Below are positions 12,791 to 25,062 of a stretch of DNA of 64,000 nucleotides, one piece after another. A program made the position numbers and the translations under genes. The stretch is from the NCBI RefSeq assembly GCF_006345805.1, contig NC_043020.1, positions 62,001 through 126,000 on the forward strand, read 5' to 3'. Under the pieces are notes generated by a model. The model was not told the origin of the DNA and made no database searches. It saw only the letters and a list, made by a program, of their open reading frames with translations. Every line of letters begins with the position of its first letter. Within the stretch, counting starts at the first letter, position 1. The stretch comes from Octopus sinensis (Eukaryota).

Positions 12791-13328
12791 TATTGTTGAA
12801 GCTACTTTCCAAAAGTGCTGCACAGTGGGACTGAACCTGAGACCACATGGTTGTAAATAAAGCTTCTTAACCACACACCCATCTCTGCACTTATACACTA
12901 TTAAATTTTGAAATGAGTCAACAAGAAAGCCTCTATCTGATTGTTCACCCTACTAAAAATAACAACCAGATTTCCTTAAAAATCTTTCTTAAAAATGGGA
13001 CACTGTTGATAATGTAGTCATTGATACTTTGTCTGGGAAAATGAAGGGATAGTCATGACTGGAATGCCTTTCATCATAAGTTTACAAGGTCAGGACTGAT
13101 CTAGGCTAAACAACCAAATTTATTTCCCTGGGAACTGGTTTTTCCTTTCTTTTAAAAAATATTTTACCAGGTATATATATATATGCGTGTGTATGTGTAA
13201 TATATATATTAATGTTTGTTATTTATACTATCTGAGAGAATAACAGGTGAACCGGAATTGATAAGAAAACTTTCAGATAATTATAGAAATTACATAGTTA
13301 ATAATTATTGAGGAAGTTGTAGTAGTAA

Positions 13329-13615
13329 TCATCATCATCATCATCATCGTTTAGCGTCCGTTTTCCATGCTAGCATGGGTTGGACGGTTCTACTGGGGTC
13401 TGTGAAGCCAGAAGGCTTCATCAGGCCCAGTCAAATCTGGCAGTGTTTCTACAGCTGGATGCTCTTCCTAACGCCAACCACACTCTGTGAGTGTAGTGGG
13501 TGCTTTTTACGTGCCATCCACACAGGTGCCAGACAGAGCTGGCAAACGGCCACGAACGGATGGTGCTTTTTATGTGCCACCGGCACGAGGGCGAGGCGAG
13601 GCTGGCAACGGACAC
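13329..13615 (-). mobile_element. RTE LINE-type 3' end with (GAT)n tail (family C)
   Basis: Reverse complement of ggttggcgttaggaag...ccagctgtagaaac...catgctagcatggaaaacggacgctaaac(gat)n plus 66-bp-type internal repeats. Confidence 0.7.
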
Positions 13616-13855
13616 GATAATAATAATAATAATAATAATCCTTTATACTATTGGTATAAGGCCTGAAATTTGTGGGGAGGAGGTAAGTTGATCACATCAA
13701 CCCCAGTACTTGACTGGCACTTAATTTATCGACCCCCAAAAGGATGAAAGGCAATTCAACCTTGGCGGAATTTGAACTTGGGACGTAGCAAAGGGTGAAA
13801 TACTGCCGACCATTTCATCCAGCATGCTAACGATTCTACCAGCTTACCACCTCAC

Positions 13856-13900
<45 letters not shown>

Positions 13901-14074
13901 GCAGCAGCAGCAGCAGTTTTAGATTTTTTGGTGCCAAGCCTGGAATTTAGCCAGGGAGGGAGCTAGTTGATTACATCAATCTCAGCACTTACTGATGTTT
14001 TTTTGTTTTTTGTTTCTCAATCCCAAAAAGGATGAAAGGCAAGGTTTACCTTGGTGGTCGTCTGTCGTTACGTT

Positions 14075-14240
14075 GTGAGTTCAAATTCCACCGAGGTCGA
14101 CTTTGCCCTTCATCCTTTCGGGGTCGATAAATTAAGTACCAGTTACGCGGTGGGGTCGATGTAATCGACTTAATACCTTTGTCTGTCCTTGTTTGTCCCC
14201 CACTATGTTTATCCCCCAGTGGGTAATAAAGAAATAGGTA
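14075..14240 (+). mobile_element. SINE family B
   Basis: gagttcaaattccaccgaggtcgactttgcccttcatcctttcggggtcgataaattaagtacc core. Confidence 0.75.
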
Positions 14241-14724
14241 TTTAAATGAAGATCATAAAGAGCCTGAAGATATTCTGCTATCATCTTGTCCACTGTGCTA
14301 ACATTTTTGTCAGCTTGCTGTCTTAACAACAACAACAACAAAAATAATAGTGGTTTCAAATTTTGGCACAAGATCTGCAAGTTGTTGCACTGCAGCCATA
14401 CTGGAGCACTTTCTTGAAGAGTTTTAGTTGAACAAATCTACCCCAGTTCTGCTAAGTTATAGAGATGTAAACAAACTAACACCAGTAGTCAAGTGATGGG
14501 GGTGGGGAACATGCACACACATACACACACACATATGATGGGTTTCCACACAATTTCCGTCTACCAAACTCACTCACAAGTATTGGTCAGTCCAAGGATA
14601 TAGTAGAAGACACTTGCCCAAAGTGCCATGCAGTGGGACTGAACCTGAGACCACATGGTTGTAAATAAAGCTTCTTAACCACACAGCCATCCCTGCACCT
14701 ATATACTATTAAATTTTGAAATGA

Positions 14725-15222
14725 GCACCATCCGCATGGGATCATTGCCAGGCTTGCCTTACTGGCTCTTGTGCCAGTGGCATGTAAAAAGCTCCATCCA
14801 AATGTGATAATTGCCAGGCCCATCTTACTGGCTCCTGTTCTGGTGGCATGTGAAAAGCACCATCCGCATGGGATCATTGCCAGGCTTGCCTTACTGGCTC
14901 CTGTGCCAGTGGCATGTAAAAAGCTCCATCCAAATGTGATAATTGCCAGGCCCATCTTACTGGCTCCTGTTCTGGTGGCATGTGAAAAGCACCATCCGAA
15001 TGTGATCGTTGCCAGGCCCGCCTTACTGGCTCCTGTGCCTGTGGTGCATAAAAAGCACCCACTACAATCTTGGAGTGGTTGGCATTTGGAAGGGCATCCA
15101 GCTGTAGAAACTCTGCCAGACCAGATTGGAGCCTGGTGCAGCCACTGGCCCTCCAGACCTCCGGTAAACCGTCCAACCCATGCCAGCATGGAAAACAGAT
15201 GTTAATTGATGATGATGATGAT
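14725..15222 (+). mobile_element. RTE-type 3' end with 132-bp (2x66) internal tandem repeat
   Basis: gcaccatccgcatggg at 14725 and 14857; ends in (gat)n tail. Confidence 0.7.
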
Positions 15223-16917
15223 AAGTTAATGAAAAATAAAAAGTTTCTGTTAGTCTATTTATGAGTGGTACTTTTTAAATTCTTCAGTTAAATTTTCTAC
15301 TTAGTGTAGCCATGGTTGTGGGGTTAAGAAGTTTGCTTCCTGATCATGTGGTCTGAGATTCATTCCTGCTGCAAGGCTTCTTGGGCAAGTGCCTTCTACC
15401 ATAGCCCTGAGCTGACCGAAGCCTTGTGAATAGATTTGGTAGATGGAAGCTGATATATGTCTTTGTGTATGTGTGTGTGTTTGTGTTGACATTCGGTGTT
15501 GGTTTGTTTACATCCCTGTGACTTAGTGGTTTGGTAAAAGGGACTGATAGAAGAATAAGTACCAGGCTTAAAAAATAAATGCTCCTGTTAATTTGTTCAA
15601 CTATACATACCTTCAAAGCAGTGCCCCAGCATGGCCACAGAGCAATGACTAAAACAAGTCAAAGATGAAAGATGTTTTATGTATAAACTATGTATTTTCC
15701 ATTTTCTCTGCTCAAAAAGCAAAGAGACTGTAAAAAGTCAAGTCATAAACATCAGCTACATTCTACTGTTTTGGCTCTGGCAATTAATTTGAACATCCAT
15801 TGGTGAAAACCTTGTCTATATTTCTTTTATAGACTTTTTGTCTCTTTATTACACTTTGACTTGATGATAACAGAGATTTACAGCTGCTAGTATATATTGT
15901 TGCCTCTAAGCTATGACCGCTTCTTGAGTCAGTGAACTCATTAACAGGAGGATTCCTAGTTAAATTAATTACATTATAAGTAGCCATCACAATGTATAGA
16001 CATCAACAGCAGCAGCAGCAGCAGCGGTAGATGAAATGTGTAACTCATTACCAACAAGATACCCTGTTTAGTATAGGTAAAGTATTGTGGCCGTCATGGA
16101 TACTGCTAAAAATTGTGGTTTTGAAAATGTATATTTCATGCAGAAGGTGTCCCTTGGTATCTCCATTCTCTCCAGCATTCATTCATTTTAAGTTTTTATT
16201 TCACTAAAACTTCAGTTAATTGGTTTTAACCAATTTTAATGAATCGACTAATAGTAACAAAAGAAATGAATTTGAGCTTGTGCGTGTGTTTAATTTTGGC
16301 GCAATAACCCTCTGGGGGATACAACAAAATCTGTTTCAATACATGAGTTCTCATCAAGAATCATGTGAACCGAATACAATAATGAAATAAAAGATAGTTT
16401 CTATTTCAGAAGACTAAAAACTTAAGGAATCAGTCAATTTTTGCTGTAGTATCGTACGCAATTTTAGATTCTAACATTCTTTCATCTTGTAGATTCAACA
16501 TTTACAAATGGTTATACAAAATGACAAGCTTGTGCTTGTTGGGGAAATATATGAATAGGAAAAGTTAATTATATGGTGGTATTATTGCTGATGAGAATAA
16601 AAGAAAACTAAAAGACCGTTATAAATGCTATTAACTTGTAAATTTTGTTTTAGTTCATTGTCATTTGTGTAATGTAACAGTAAAATTATGACTTGTAACT
16701 AACAGTACTTTATTAGTTAGAACCTTTTACAAACACCGCTGTTATTAAGTTTGTCATTTTGTAGAGTTTTATATAGACAGAGAAGCGGTTTTATGGTATT
16801 TAATTTAGTGCCTAATGTCTTTTAATTCAAATCTTAGAATGTCAAGCCAATGAGACGTCTACGCTGGTTACTTACTTGCCTACAAGAAATAGTTACAAAG
16901 TCATCTTTGAATCTCAT

Positions 16918-17260
16918 TCTTCATCATCATCATCACTTAACGTCCGCTTTCTATGCTGGCATGGATTAGATGGTTTGACTGTAATTAGTAAGCCGGAGAG
17001 CATTACCAAGTTTCAGTCTGATTTGGCATGGTTTGTATAGCTGGATGCTCTTCCTAGCACCAACCACTCCAAGAGTGTAATGGGTGACTTTTAGGTGCCA
17101 CTGGCATGGACGCCATTTATATGACATTGGCAATGGCCACGACTAGGGTTTATCAACTGGTTTGACGAGTTCTCTCGAGCAGAGCATATCACCAAAGGTC
17201 TCAGTCACGTCATCACTTCTCTGTGGCCCAACATTTGAAGATCATACTACCAGCAAGGAT
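16918..17260 (-). mobile_element. RTE LINE 3' end including decayed ORF C-terminus
   Basis: Minus strand DLQMLGHREVM...ETFGDMLCSRE resembles RTE C-terminal DLRxLxLTExMTxDRDxW; followed by family C UTR and (gat)n. Confidence 0.55.
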
Positions 17261-17364
17261 TTCACAGGTGCCATTTACATGACATAATATGTTATGACTA
17301 AAGGTAAAAAAGAAACCCATCATAATGGTTCATAACTGGAAAACCTTTGATCACAGGTTCCTTC

Positions 17365-17895
17365 TTAGTTAGTTAGTTAGTTAATTTTTTGGCTCAAAAA
17401 GCAAAAAAGCAAGGCCATGTAGGGGGACATGGAGTTATGTACAGGGTGGTGTTCATATAAAGAGTTCAGGCCACTTGTGGTCAAGGGAGACTTTGAACCG
17501 AGCGGTCGTCGGCATCTTCACCATCTTGTCCGGCAGTTTATTCCACGGATCCGCAACCCAGATGAAGAAAGCCCCTCTCCTTCGATTGAAATGAAATCGT
17601 CGCAGATAGAGCTTTTCGGAATGACCCCGCAGCCGACGCTCTGGAGCAGGAGTGAAGAACAGCTCCTTCGAGAGGTTACACTTTCCGCTTATGATGTTGT
17701 GAGCAAGAATGAGATCACCACGGTGTCGTCGTTTTTCTAGAGAATAAAGGTCAAGTGTCTTCAGCCTTTCTTCATAAGACAAATTCTTGAGACCAAGAAC
17801 CATGCGGGTAGCCAGCTTCTGGACTCTTTTGAGATGCTGTATGTCTTTGAGGAGATAAGGAGAATTGGCTTGAATCCCGTACTGGCTGAGTTGGA
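17365..17895 (-). mobile_element. 5'-truncated CR1-clade LINE (RT C-terminus, 3' UTR, (TAAC)n tail)
   Basis: QYGIQANSPYLLKDIQHLKRVQKLATRMVLGLKNLSYEERLKTLDLYSLEKRRHRGDLI...RGHSEKL...WNKLP is typical CR1/L2 ORF2 C-terminus. Confidence 0.9.
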
Positions 17896-17974
17896 GCTAA
17901 ATCAAAAAAAATAAGAACAAAAAACATAAGTTAAAGCATATTTGGTATATTTTGTTTAGCTTTTAATGAATTTA

Positions 17975-18120
17975 ATCCCATTCTATATTTAAGAGATGAG
18001 GAATTATGTACATTATTTACATTTGACAGATATTTGTCCTCATCTTGTTTGTTGTTAACACAATATTTCATCTGATATACCCTCCAGCCTTCATCAGGTG
18101 TCTTGGGGAAATTTCGAACC
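17975..18120 (-). mobile_element. Penelope-LTR-like fragment with decayed hammerhead motif
   Basis: Minus: gacac-CTGATGA-a-ggctg-gagggtatat-cagat-GAAA-tatt-gtgtt. Confidence 0.5.
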
Positions 18121-19242
18121 TTTGTCTGTCCTTGTTTGTCTTCTCTATGTTTAGCCCCCTGTAGGCAATAAAGAAATATATAGGGCCTCTAAAACGTTGG
18201 TTTTCATTTCTTATTGGATATGTTGTCCTCTACTTGTATCAGTTGTTAGACTGCAATCATTCTTATGTGCCACTCTGAAAGATTTTTGTCAATCAAATTG
18301 ACCTTAATACTATTTTTTTTTGAAGTCTGGTATCTTTTGGTGAATTGCTATATTACAGTGACATAAGCAAACAAACACAGGGTGTCATGGTGGTGGTGGT
18401 AGTGGTGGGGACAAACACACACACACACACACACATGCACACATTGGTCTTCTGCACACTTTCTGTCTATCAAATCTATTCACAAGGTACAGGTCAACCA
18501 GGTGCTTAAACAGAAGACTTTTATCCAAGATGCCACACTATTGGACTGAACCTGAAACCATGTGGTTATAAAATGAGCTTTTTAACCACACAGCCACCAG
18601 CAGCACTGAAATAATTTAAATTTCTTTGGCCAAATATTTCATTTTTAGTTATGCAATAGTTTTTCCCTACAGGGATTCATTTTTGTTTTCCTTCTCACAC
18701 AACAGACTGTAAAATAAAGTAGATATCTTTTATCATCTTGGTTTTCTAGAACTTAGATTTTCGCAACATAAGAGCTTGTTTAGAAATAATTCAATGCTGC
18801 AACACCATAAAGCTGTATTGATATGTTGATATAAGGGAATAATAGGTGTCCTTCTTAGCTATGTTTGTTTATGAATTGATTTATTGAGCAATACTGTTAC
18901 ATTTTTGGACAAAAGATTGTGGTATCAATAGGTTTAATAATTCAATGAGAATTTTGATTTGAAACTTTTTTAACAAAATGTGTATTTACTGCTGGCTCAG
19001 TATTTTGTTATTTGGTGTGAGGTATAAAAGCTGTTTTATTTTTTAAAAAAAGAATCTATAATATTCTGCTATGGTCTGTGTATGTAATGGTTTAGCTATG
19101 GAACAAAATCATGGACATAATCTGTTATATGCGTACCATATGAATTATCTATGTGTCAACTGACTAACTATGGAATGACATTGAGGACATAATCTAGTTG
19201 ATACAACATTTTATTTGTAAGGAAATTAACTAATGTATTAAT

Positions 19243-19300
19243 GGCGGTGCCCCAGCATGGCCACAGCTCATGAGCTGAAACTAGATAAAATAAAAATAAA
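19243..19300 (+). mobile_element. Isolated LINE/SINE 3' tail related to the family A tail
   Basis: ggcggtgccccagcatggccacagctcatgagctgaaactagataaaataaaa; reverse copy at 59474-59533. Confidence 0.7.
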
Positions 19301-19743
19301 ATTAAAAAATGTGTATATATATATATATATATTTCAAGTTTAAGTGATTATATATATGTTATATTGTTTTTGGTATTTGGTTTGCAAGATGTATAATGTG
19401 AAGTTCTGTAGGGTCATTTTGCCAATAACAAATATATACACTGGTTCTGTTTTACTTCATTTATTATTATTAGCCAATTAGTTCAAGTTTAATCAATTAA
19501 TAATTTAATTGTTCCAGAAGAGCTGAAGTAGGGAGTGATGAAAGGACTTTGACGGACCAAGCTGATTGATTGAATGACTGAATAATTAATCAAACAATTG
19601 ATTAGTTGATTGGTTAAAAATTAACTAACTATTGATAATAGATGAAGTGAAATAGAACCAGTGTGTGTGTGTGTGCTTGTTATTTGCATAATGACCCAGC
19701 TGAGACAACACACACATACACACATATACAAGTTCATGTTTAA

Positions 19744-19824
19744 GGCTCTGATGAAGCTGTAAGCAGTTACTTAGGCATTCAGCAATGAGTTCACTGCATC
19801 TTATAGCAGAAACAGTTTTAAGCT
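19744..19824 (+). ncRNA. Degenerate type I hammerhead-like motif with long stem II
   Basis: ggct-CTGATGA-a-gctgtaag...cttatagc-a-GAAAC-agtt-TTA-agct. Confidence 0.4.
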
Positions 19825-20111
19825 AATTAAGTTCATCAGATAATCATTCATTCTTTCGTCATCTTGTTTTCCTTATTACTGCTCTGTACTTGACCAATGC
19901 TTCATTCAGAAGCATAAGCATATTGAGTTATACTCTAGGTTATTAGTATATATGTGTGTGAGTGTGTGTGATCTACAGCTCTGTGGCACAGTTACTGTAC
20001 TTTGTGCACTGAGATAATGAGTTCAAGCCTACAACATGCTCTTTCCCTTGATATGAAAACAAGGGTGCAATATATTGTAATTAAGACTTGGTTAAGGTAA
20101 TGGATATATGT

Positions 20112-20413
20112 TGTTTGTTCCTTCTCGAGCCATGCCTGGCTCATAGGGTCAGTTTCCCGGTTTCCTTGGCGTATAGGTTCCCCACCTGAACGTTACTCTG
20201 GTCCGTCGCAGGTGAGCTGCTTGATGCAGGAGGAAAGAGTGAGAGAATGTTGTGGCGAAAGAGTCAGCAGAAGTTTGCCATTACCTTCTGCCGGAGCCGC
20301 GTGGAGCTTAGGTATTTTGCTCATAAACACTCACATCGCCCGGTCTGAGATTCAAACCCATGATCCCTCGACCGTGAGTCCGCTGCTCTAACCACTAGGC
20401 CATTTGCCTCCAC
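20112..20413 (-). mobile_element. Family D SINE
   Basis: Minus head gtggaggcaaatggcctagtggttagagcagcggac; homologous to 3850-4168. Confidence 0.75.
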
Positions 20414-20807
20414 TGTGGATATATGTCTGAGATTTCATTCAAGAATTAAGGTTGTTTTTCTTCTTGTATAGAGAAAAATGATATATATCAACTTTTAAGT
20501 TAAAAGAGATGACAAGTGGGTAACAAAAAATATAATTTTCAAAAGATGTTCTCTATTAAGGTGGCATCTTCACTGCTGTAAATGTGAACGTTACATCATC
20601 TCAGGAATCAAACACTTCAGAAACAAATTATTTCAAAAGAAATTGTGTTTCATGCATGTTGTTTTTATAAACTTCCAACAATCTTATAGTTTTCAAAATA
20701 ACCATGGAATTTCATGGCTAGTTTTATTTATTTATTGTATTTTCTCTTGGAATTGAGTAGAAATGGAAGTTAGATACTTCCAGTTTTTTTTTGTTTTTTA
20801 TCTAAAC

Positions 20808-21255
20808 TTGTTTGTCATTATATTGCAGCCATGCTGGAGCACTGCCATAAAGATATTTTTGTAAAATGAGTTGACCCCAGTACTTTTTTTTTAAAGTTTG
20901 GTACTATTTATTTGATTCTTTTGCTGAACTGTTAAGTAACAGGAATTTAAACACACCAACACTGGTTGTCAAGCAGTGATTGGGGACGAACATAGGCTCA
21001 AAAATATACGCACATAAATATATGTATATATACTGTATAAATGCGAGAGTATATGGTTACTCAGCTAATATATATATATATGCACACACACACATACATA
21101 CAATGGATTTCTTTCAGTTTTCATCTACCAAATCCACTCACAAGGCTTTGGTTAGGCCCAAGGCTATAGTAGATGACATTTGCCCAAGGTGCCATGCAGT
21201 GGGATTGAACCTGGAACCATGTGATTGCAAAGCAAACTTCTTACCACACAGCCAC
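20808..21255 (-). mobile_element. Older family A SINE
   Basis: Degenerate reverse complement of family A head, CORE-like segment and tail. Confidence 0.7.
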
Positions 21256-21529
21256 AAATAATTCAATTTTATAAAAGGTCATTGAGATATCCAAAAACAA
21301 AATTTTTCCTAACAACTTCTTTTAAAATATGGATTTTAAGACTGATTCAGACCATAGTAGTTAGTAGTATTAGTAAAGATTATAAACAATCTGGAAAAAG
21401 AAACGATAGTGAAAACACTTCTTGGATGGCGCAAAGTATTCGATATATTTATTCAACTCTGATCAAGCTGATTTATGTACATCATCATCATAAAATCAAT
21501 TTTCTCTCTGCTGATTTGGTTTGATAAGT

Positions 21530-21760
21530 CTGCTAGAAAATATATTACCATTCATCTTGGTCTTCCGTCATTGTTTCTGTAAGGTTCTGCATTCCAAAAT
21601 CTGCTATAACCACTTATTTGCATGATTTCTTTCATATATTTTTTTCATTGATACCCTTCACTGCCGGCACACAGCTCTTTCTCAAGCTAGAGTTATTGTC
21701 TTCATGCATCACGTTTTCATACTAATAGAGGTGTCTTTGATTTTGGACTCTCTCGTTGCT
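21530..21760 (-). pseudogene. Decayed RTE LINE ORF C-terminus
   Basis: YENVMH...VVIADFGMQNLTETMTEDQDEW resembles RTE WYGHVMR...EVVxxDLxxLxLTExMTxDRDxW; multiple stops. Confidence 0.55.
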
Positions 21761-22445
21761 TCGATGAAGGCGGCTTCAGCAGGATGCAGCCATACAGTGT
21801 TCTTAGTTGAGGAAAGTGTGGTGGTGTAGGTGCTTGTGTCTTGGTTTGCTGAGCAACCTCCATGATGAATATCATTATAGTGGGTACAGGTTCTACCGAG
21901 CTAGTCCCACTCTCTTGTCCTTAATACATACATTGGTCTGGTGCAACAAGTGTCATGAGCTGCCCAGTAGTTATCAATATACAGAATTTGAATGGCGGTA
22001 CCTTCTCTTTGATGAACAGCTAAAGTGCCAGAGGGCTTCATTTTCCCTGGATCCATTGGGGTAACCTTCTTCCAGAGACTCTTTGCTTTGTGAGATGGAA
22101 TTCGATTCGTTTGGTTTGGTTTCGTTTCTTCTTCTTCTCTAAGCTGGTTTATATATATATATATATATCTGTGTGTGTGTCCACCCCCACCCAATCGGCA
22201 CTAGAAAACTTGTGTTGGTGTGTTTACGTGCCTGTAACTTAGCAGTTCGGCAGAAGAGACCAATAGACTAAGTACCAGGCTTTAAAAAATAAGTATTGAG
22301 GTTAATTCATTCAGCTAAAATTTCAAAATGGTGCCCTAGCATGGCCACAGTCTAATGACTGAAACAAGTAGAAAGATATAAAGACTAGGCCCCTCCCCCA
22401 AAATTTCAGGCCTTGTGCCTTTAGTAGAAAGGATTATTATTATCA

Positions 22446-22504
<59 letters not shown>

Positions 22505-23073
22505 TCAAAAATGTAGTTGAATAGTAAAGATGTTCAAACCACTGAATTGCCTCCTAAGGCCAAATGTTTTTGCATGCTTCTTCCTGCCTTTCTATTGTGA
22601 TATTATGGTTGAATAGCTCACAATAAAAACATAGTATCTAGCCAGAAACAACTTGCTCTAACAATGCATACGCTTTGTAGAATGTATGAAAAACCATTCA
22701 ACACTGAAACTTATATTCCATTCACACTTGATCTCTGAATACATCATATAAAGGCAAGACATTGCTCTGTAAATCACATTTATCTGATACATTCAAATAT
22801 CTTATTGAATAGCAAAGCACTCATTCTCTATAAGTATTATCCTTTTTTATCTTTTATTTGTTTGTCTTTTGTTGGACTGCTGCCATGCTGGGGCACTGCC
22901 TTGAAGGGTTTTAGTCAAAATTGACTAAAATTGACCTCAGTTTTTTTTTTTGTTTTTTTTAAGCTTGGAACTTATTCTGGTGGTCTCTTTTTCCAAACTG
23001 CTAAGCTTTGGGGACATGAACAAACCAACAGTGGTTGTCAAATAGTGAGATGGAAGGGGGTGACAAAGACTGA

Positions 23074-24523
23074 TCTTCTAATATATAAATCCCGTTCTGT
23101 CTGTCTGTTTTTTGTGCACTTATAACTCGAGTATTGTTCATCCGATCGTGCTGAAATTTTAAGCATGGATACATGAGATACCAGGGCATTCCATAATCTA
23201 AAAAGATTTTCAAAATTGTCAGTTTCAAAGTGAGAATTGCTATTTTTGTAATCTTTTTATCCTGTTTCTTCCGCCATCCTGTTCATTAACCGATGTTCTA
23301 AACAATACATTTCTACGTTTTCACATTTAAATGACAGCTATATGTAAATAAAGCTTGCTATTTGTAAACACAGTCTCATTTTTATTTAAATATTAGACCA
23401 CGAACAACTGTACTCATTTCTGCATTTTCACATGATTGTAAGCAGCTAAAAAAAATTCAATTAACTTTAATTAACTGTAATCAACCACATGCATTTGCGG
23501 TCAAATGTGTTCTTACAGCTGTTTTTCACGCAATAAACCAGCTGACATGAAAAACTACTTGGAAAAGACAGTTACTTTAAGTGAGCAAAAAAGTGAAAAT
23601 AAAGCAAATAAATAACTGGTGATTACTCAATTTTCTGAAAATATTCTCAACAAAATTCAATTGAAAGTAGAAAAGACTAATTGACTGCTTATAAAATGTG
23701 AAAAATTTGGGGGTTTAGATCTAAAACCTTGCCTAATGTTTCTCATCCAACTTAAAAGAATAAGCGGTATTGTTCAATTTTTGAGATAAAATTGATTTGC
23801 AAAGGACATGCCTTATGTTATTTTATTGCACATTGTGTTATTTCACCCCCCGAGTTTCAACTCTTTTTGTGTCAGTTAGAGAAGAGAGACTTTCCTTAGC
23901 ATTTTTGCACCTTTATTGAGCAGCAGTTTCTGTTTGCCTGTCCATCAGGTGATTAAAACTTCCATTTATATTTTTATTTGAAACTAATGTTACTTATCTC
24001 GTAGTTCTTACCACTACGCCAGTGAAAATCGAAATAAAACACGTAAAGCAACAGTCGTCAAATGCAAAAGCCAAAGAACTGTTTATTGCTTAAATGTCAC
24101 TTGCAATATTCACTTTGGAGATAAAACAGCGTTCAGTCTGACGCATAGGTGTCAACATGAGGTATGTATTATGGAGGAGTACATTGTGCTTAACCCAGTG
24201 TGAAAGTGTTTGAATGCAAAATCTTTTAGGTTAATTATGATGTCCGATTCCACTGGAAGTTGTATATATTGTGGCTGAACAGCTTTCCTTCATTTTATTG
24301 ACCTCATGACAATTTTGAAAAGGTCCACTGTGTTAAGATTCACTATCAATCAATTTTCCTTATTTAGAAGAACAGTTTTAATGTCTCAGGAATCTTTAAT
24401 ACCCTAACCAAAAGTAACAACCCCATACAATCACCAAACATCTCCACAACTTAACACTGTCCATGTTAACCCTCTTCACCTATACAAACCATCCAATGGA
24501 CGGCGGTGGGGTGCGTTTGCTAG
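23074..24523 (+). mobile_element. Putative 1.45-kb non-autonomous Helitron
   Basis: A|TCttctaatatataaatcccgttctgtctgtctg 5' end; ...gtgcgtttgCTAG|T 3' end with weak hairpin; family A SINE stops at its left edge. Confidence 0.55.
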
Positions 24524-24712
24524 TATATACATATGGCATTAGGAAGGGTATCCAGCCATAGAAACCATGCCAAAACAGACAATTGGAGCTTCACACAGCT
24601 CTCCAGATGGCCAGCTCCTGTCAAACTATCTAACCCATACCTGCATGGAAAATGGATGTTAAATGCTGACGGCGCTGATAATACACACACACACATATGT
24701 ACATATATATAT

Positions 24713-24747
<35 letters not shown>

Positions 24748-24755
<8 letters not shown>

Positions 24756-25062
24756 TAAAAAGCACCATCCGAATCGTGGCCAAAGCCAGTGCCGCCTCGA
24801 CTGGCTTCCATGCTGGTGGCACGTAAAATGCACCAATCCGACCGTGGCCGATGCCAGCCTCGCCTGGCCCCAGTGCAGGTGGCACGTAAAAAGCACCCAC
24901 TACACTCACGGAGTGGTTGGCGTTAGGAAGGGCATCCAGCTGTAGAAACATTGCCAGATAAGACCGGAGCCTGGGGCAGCCTTCTGGCTTTCCAGATCCC
25001 CAGTCGAACCGTCCAACCCATGCTAGCATGGAGAACGGACGTTAAACGATGATGATGATGAT
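24748..25062 (+). mobile_element. RTE-type 3' end (family C)
   Basis: 66-bp-type repeats, ggttggcgttaggaagggcatccagc, (gat)n tail. Confidence 0.75.

Noticed and set aside
15975-16050. Minus-strand MSYTFHLPLLLLLLLMSIHCDG signal-peptide-like ORF
   Set aside because: The poly-Leu comes from the (CAG)n repeat and the frame stops two codons later
16588-16610. CTGATGA...GAAAA hammerhead-like words
   Set aside because: No stem I, II or III pairing
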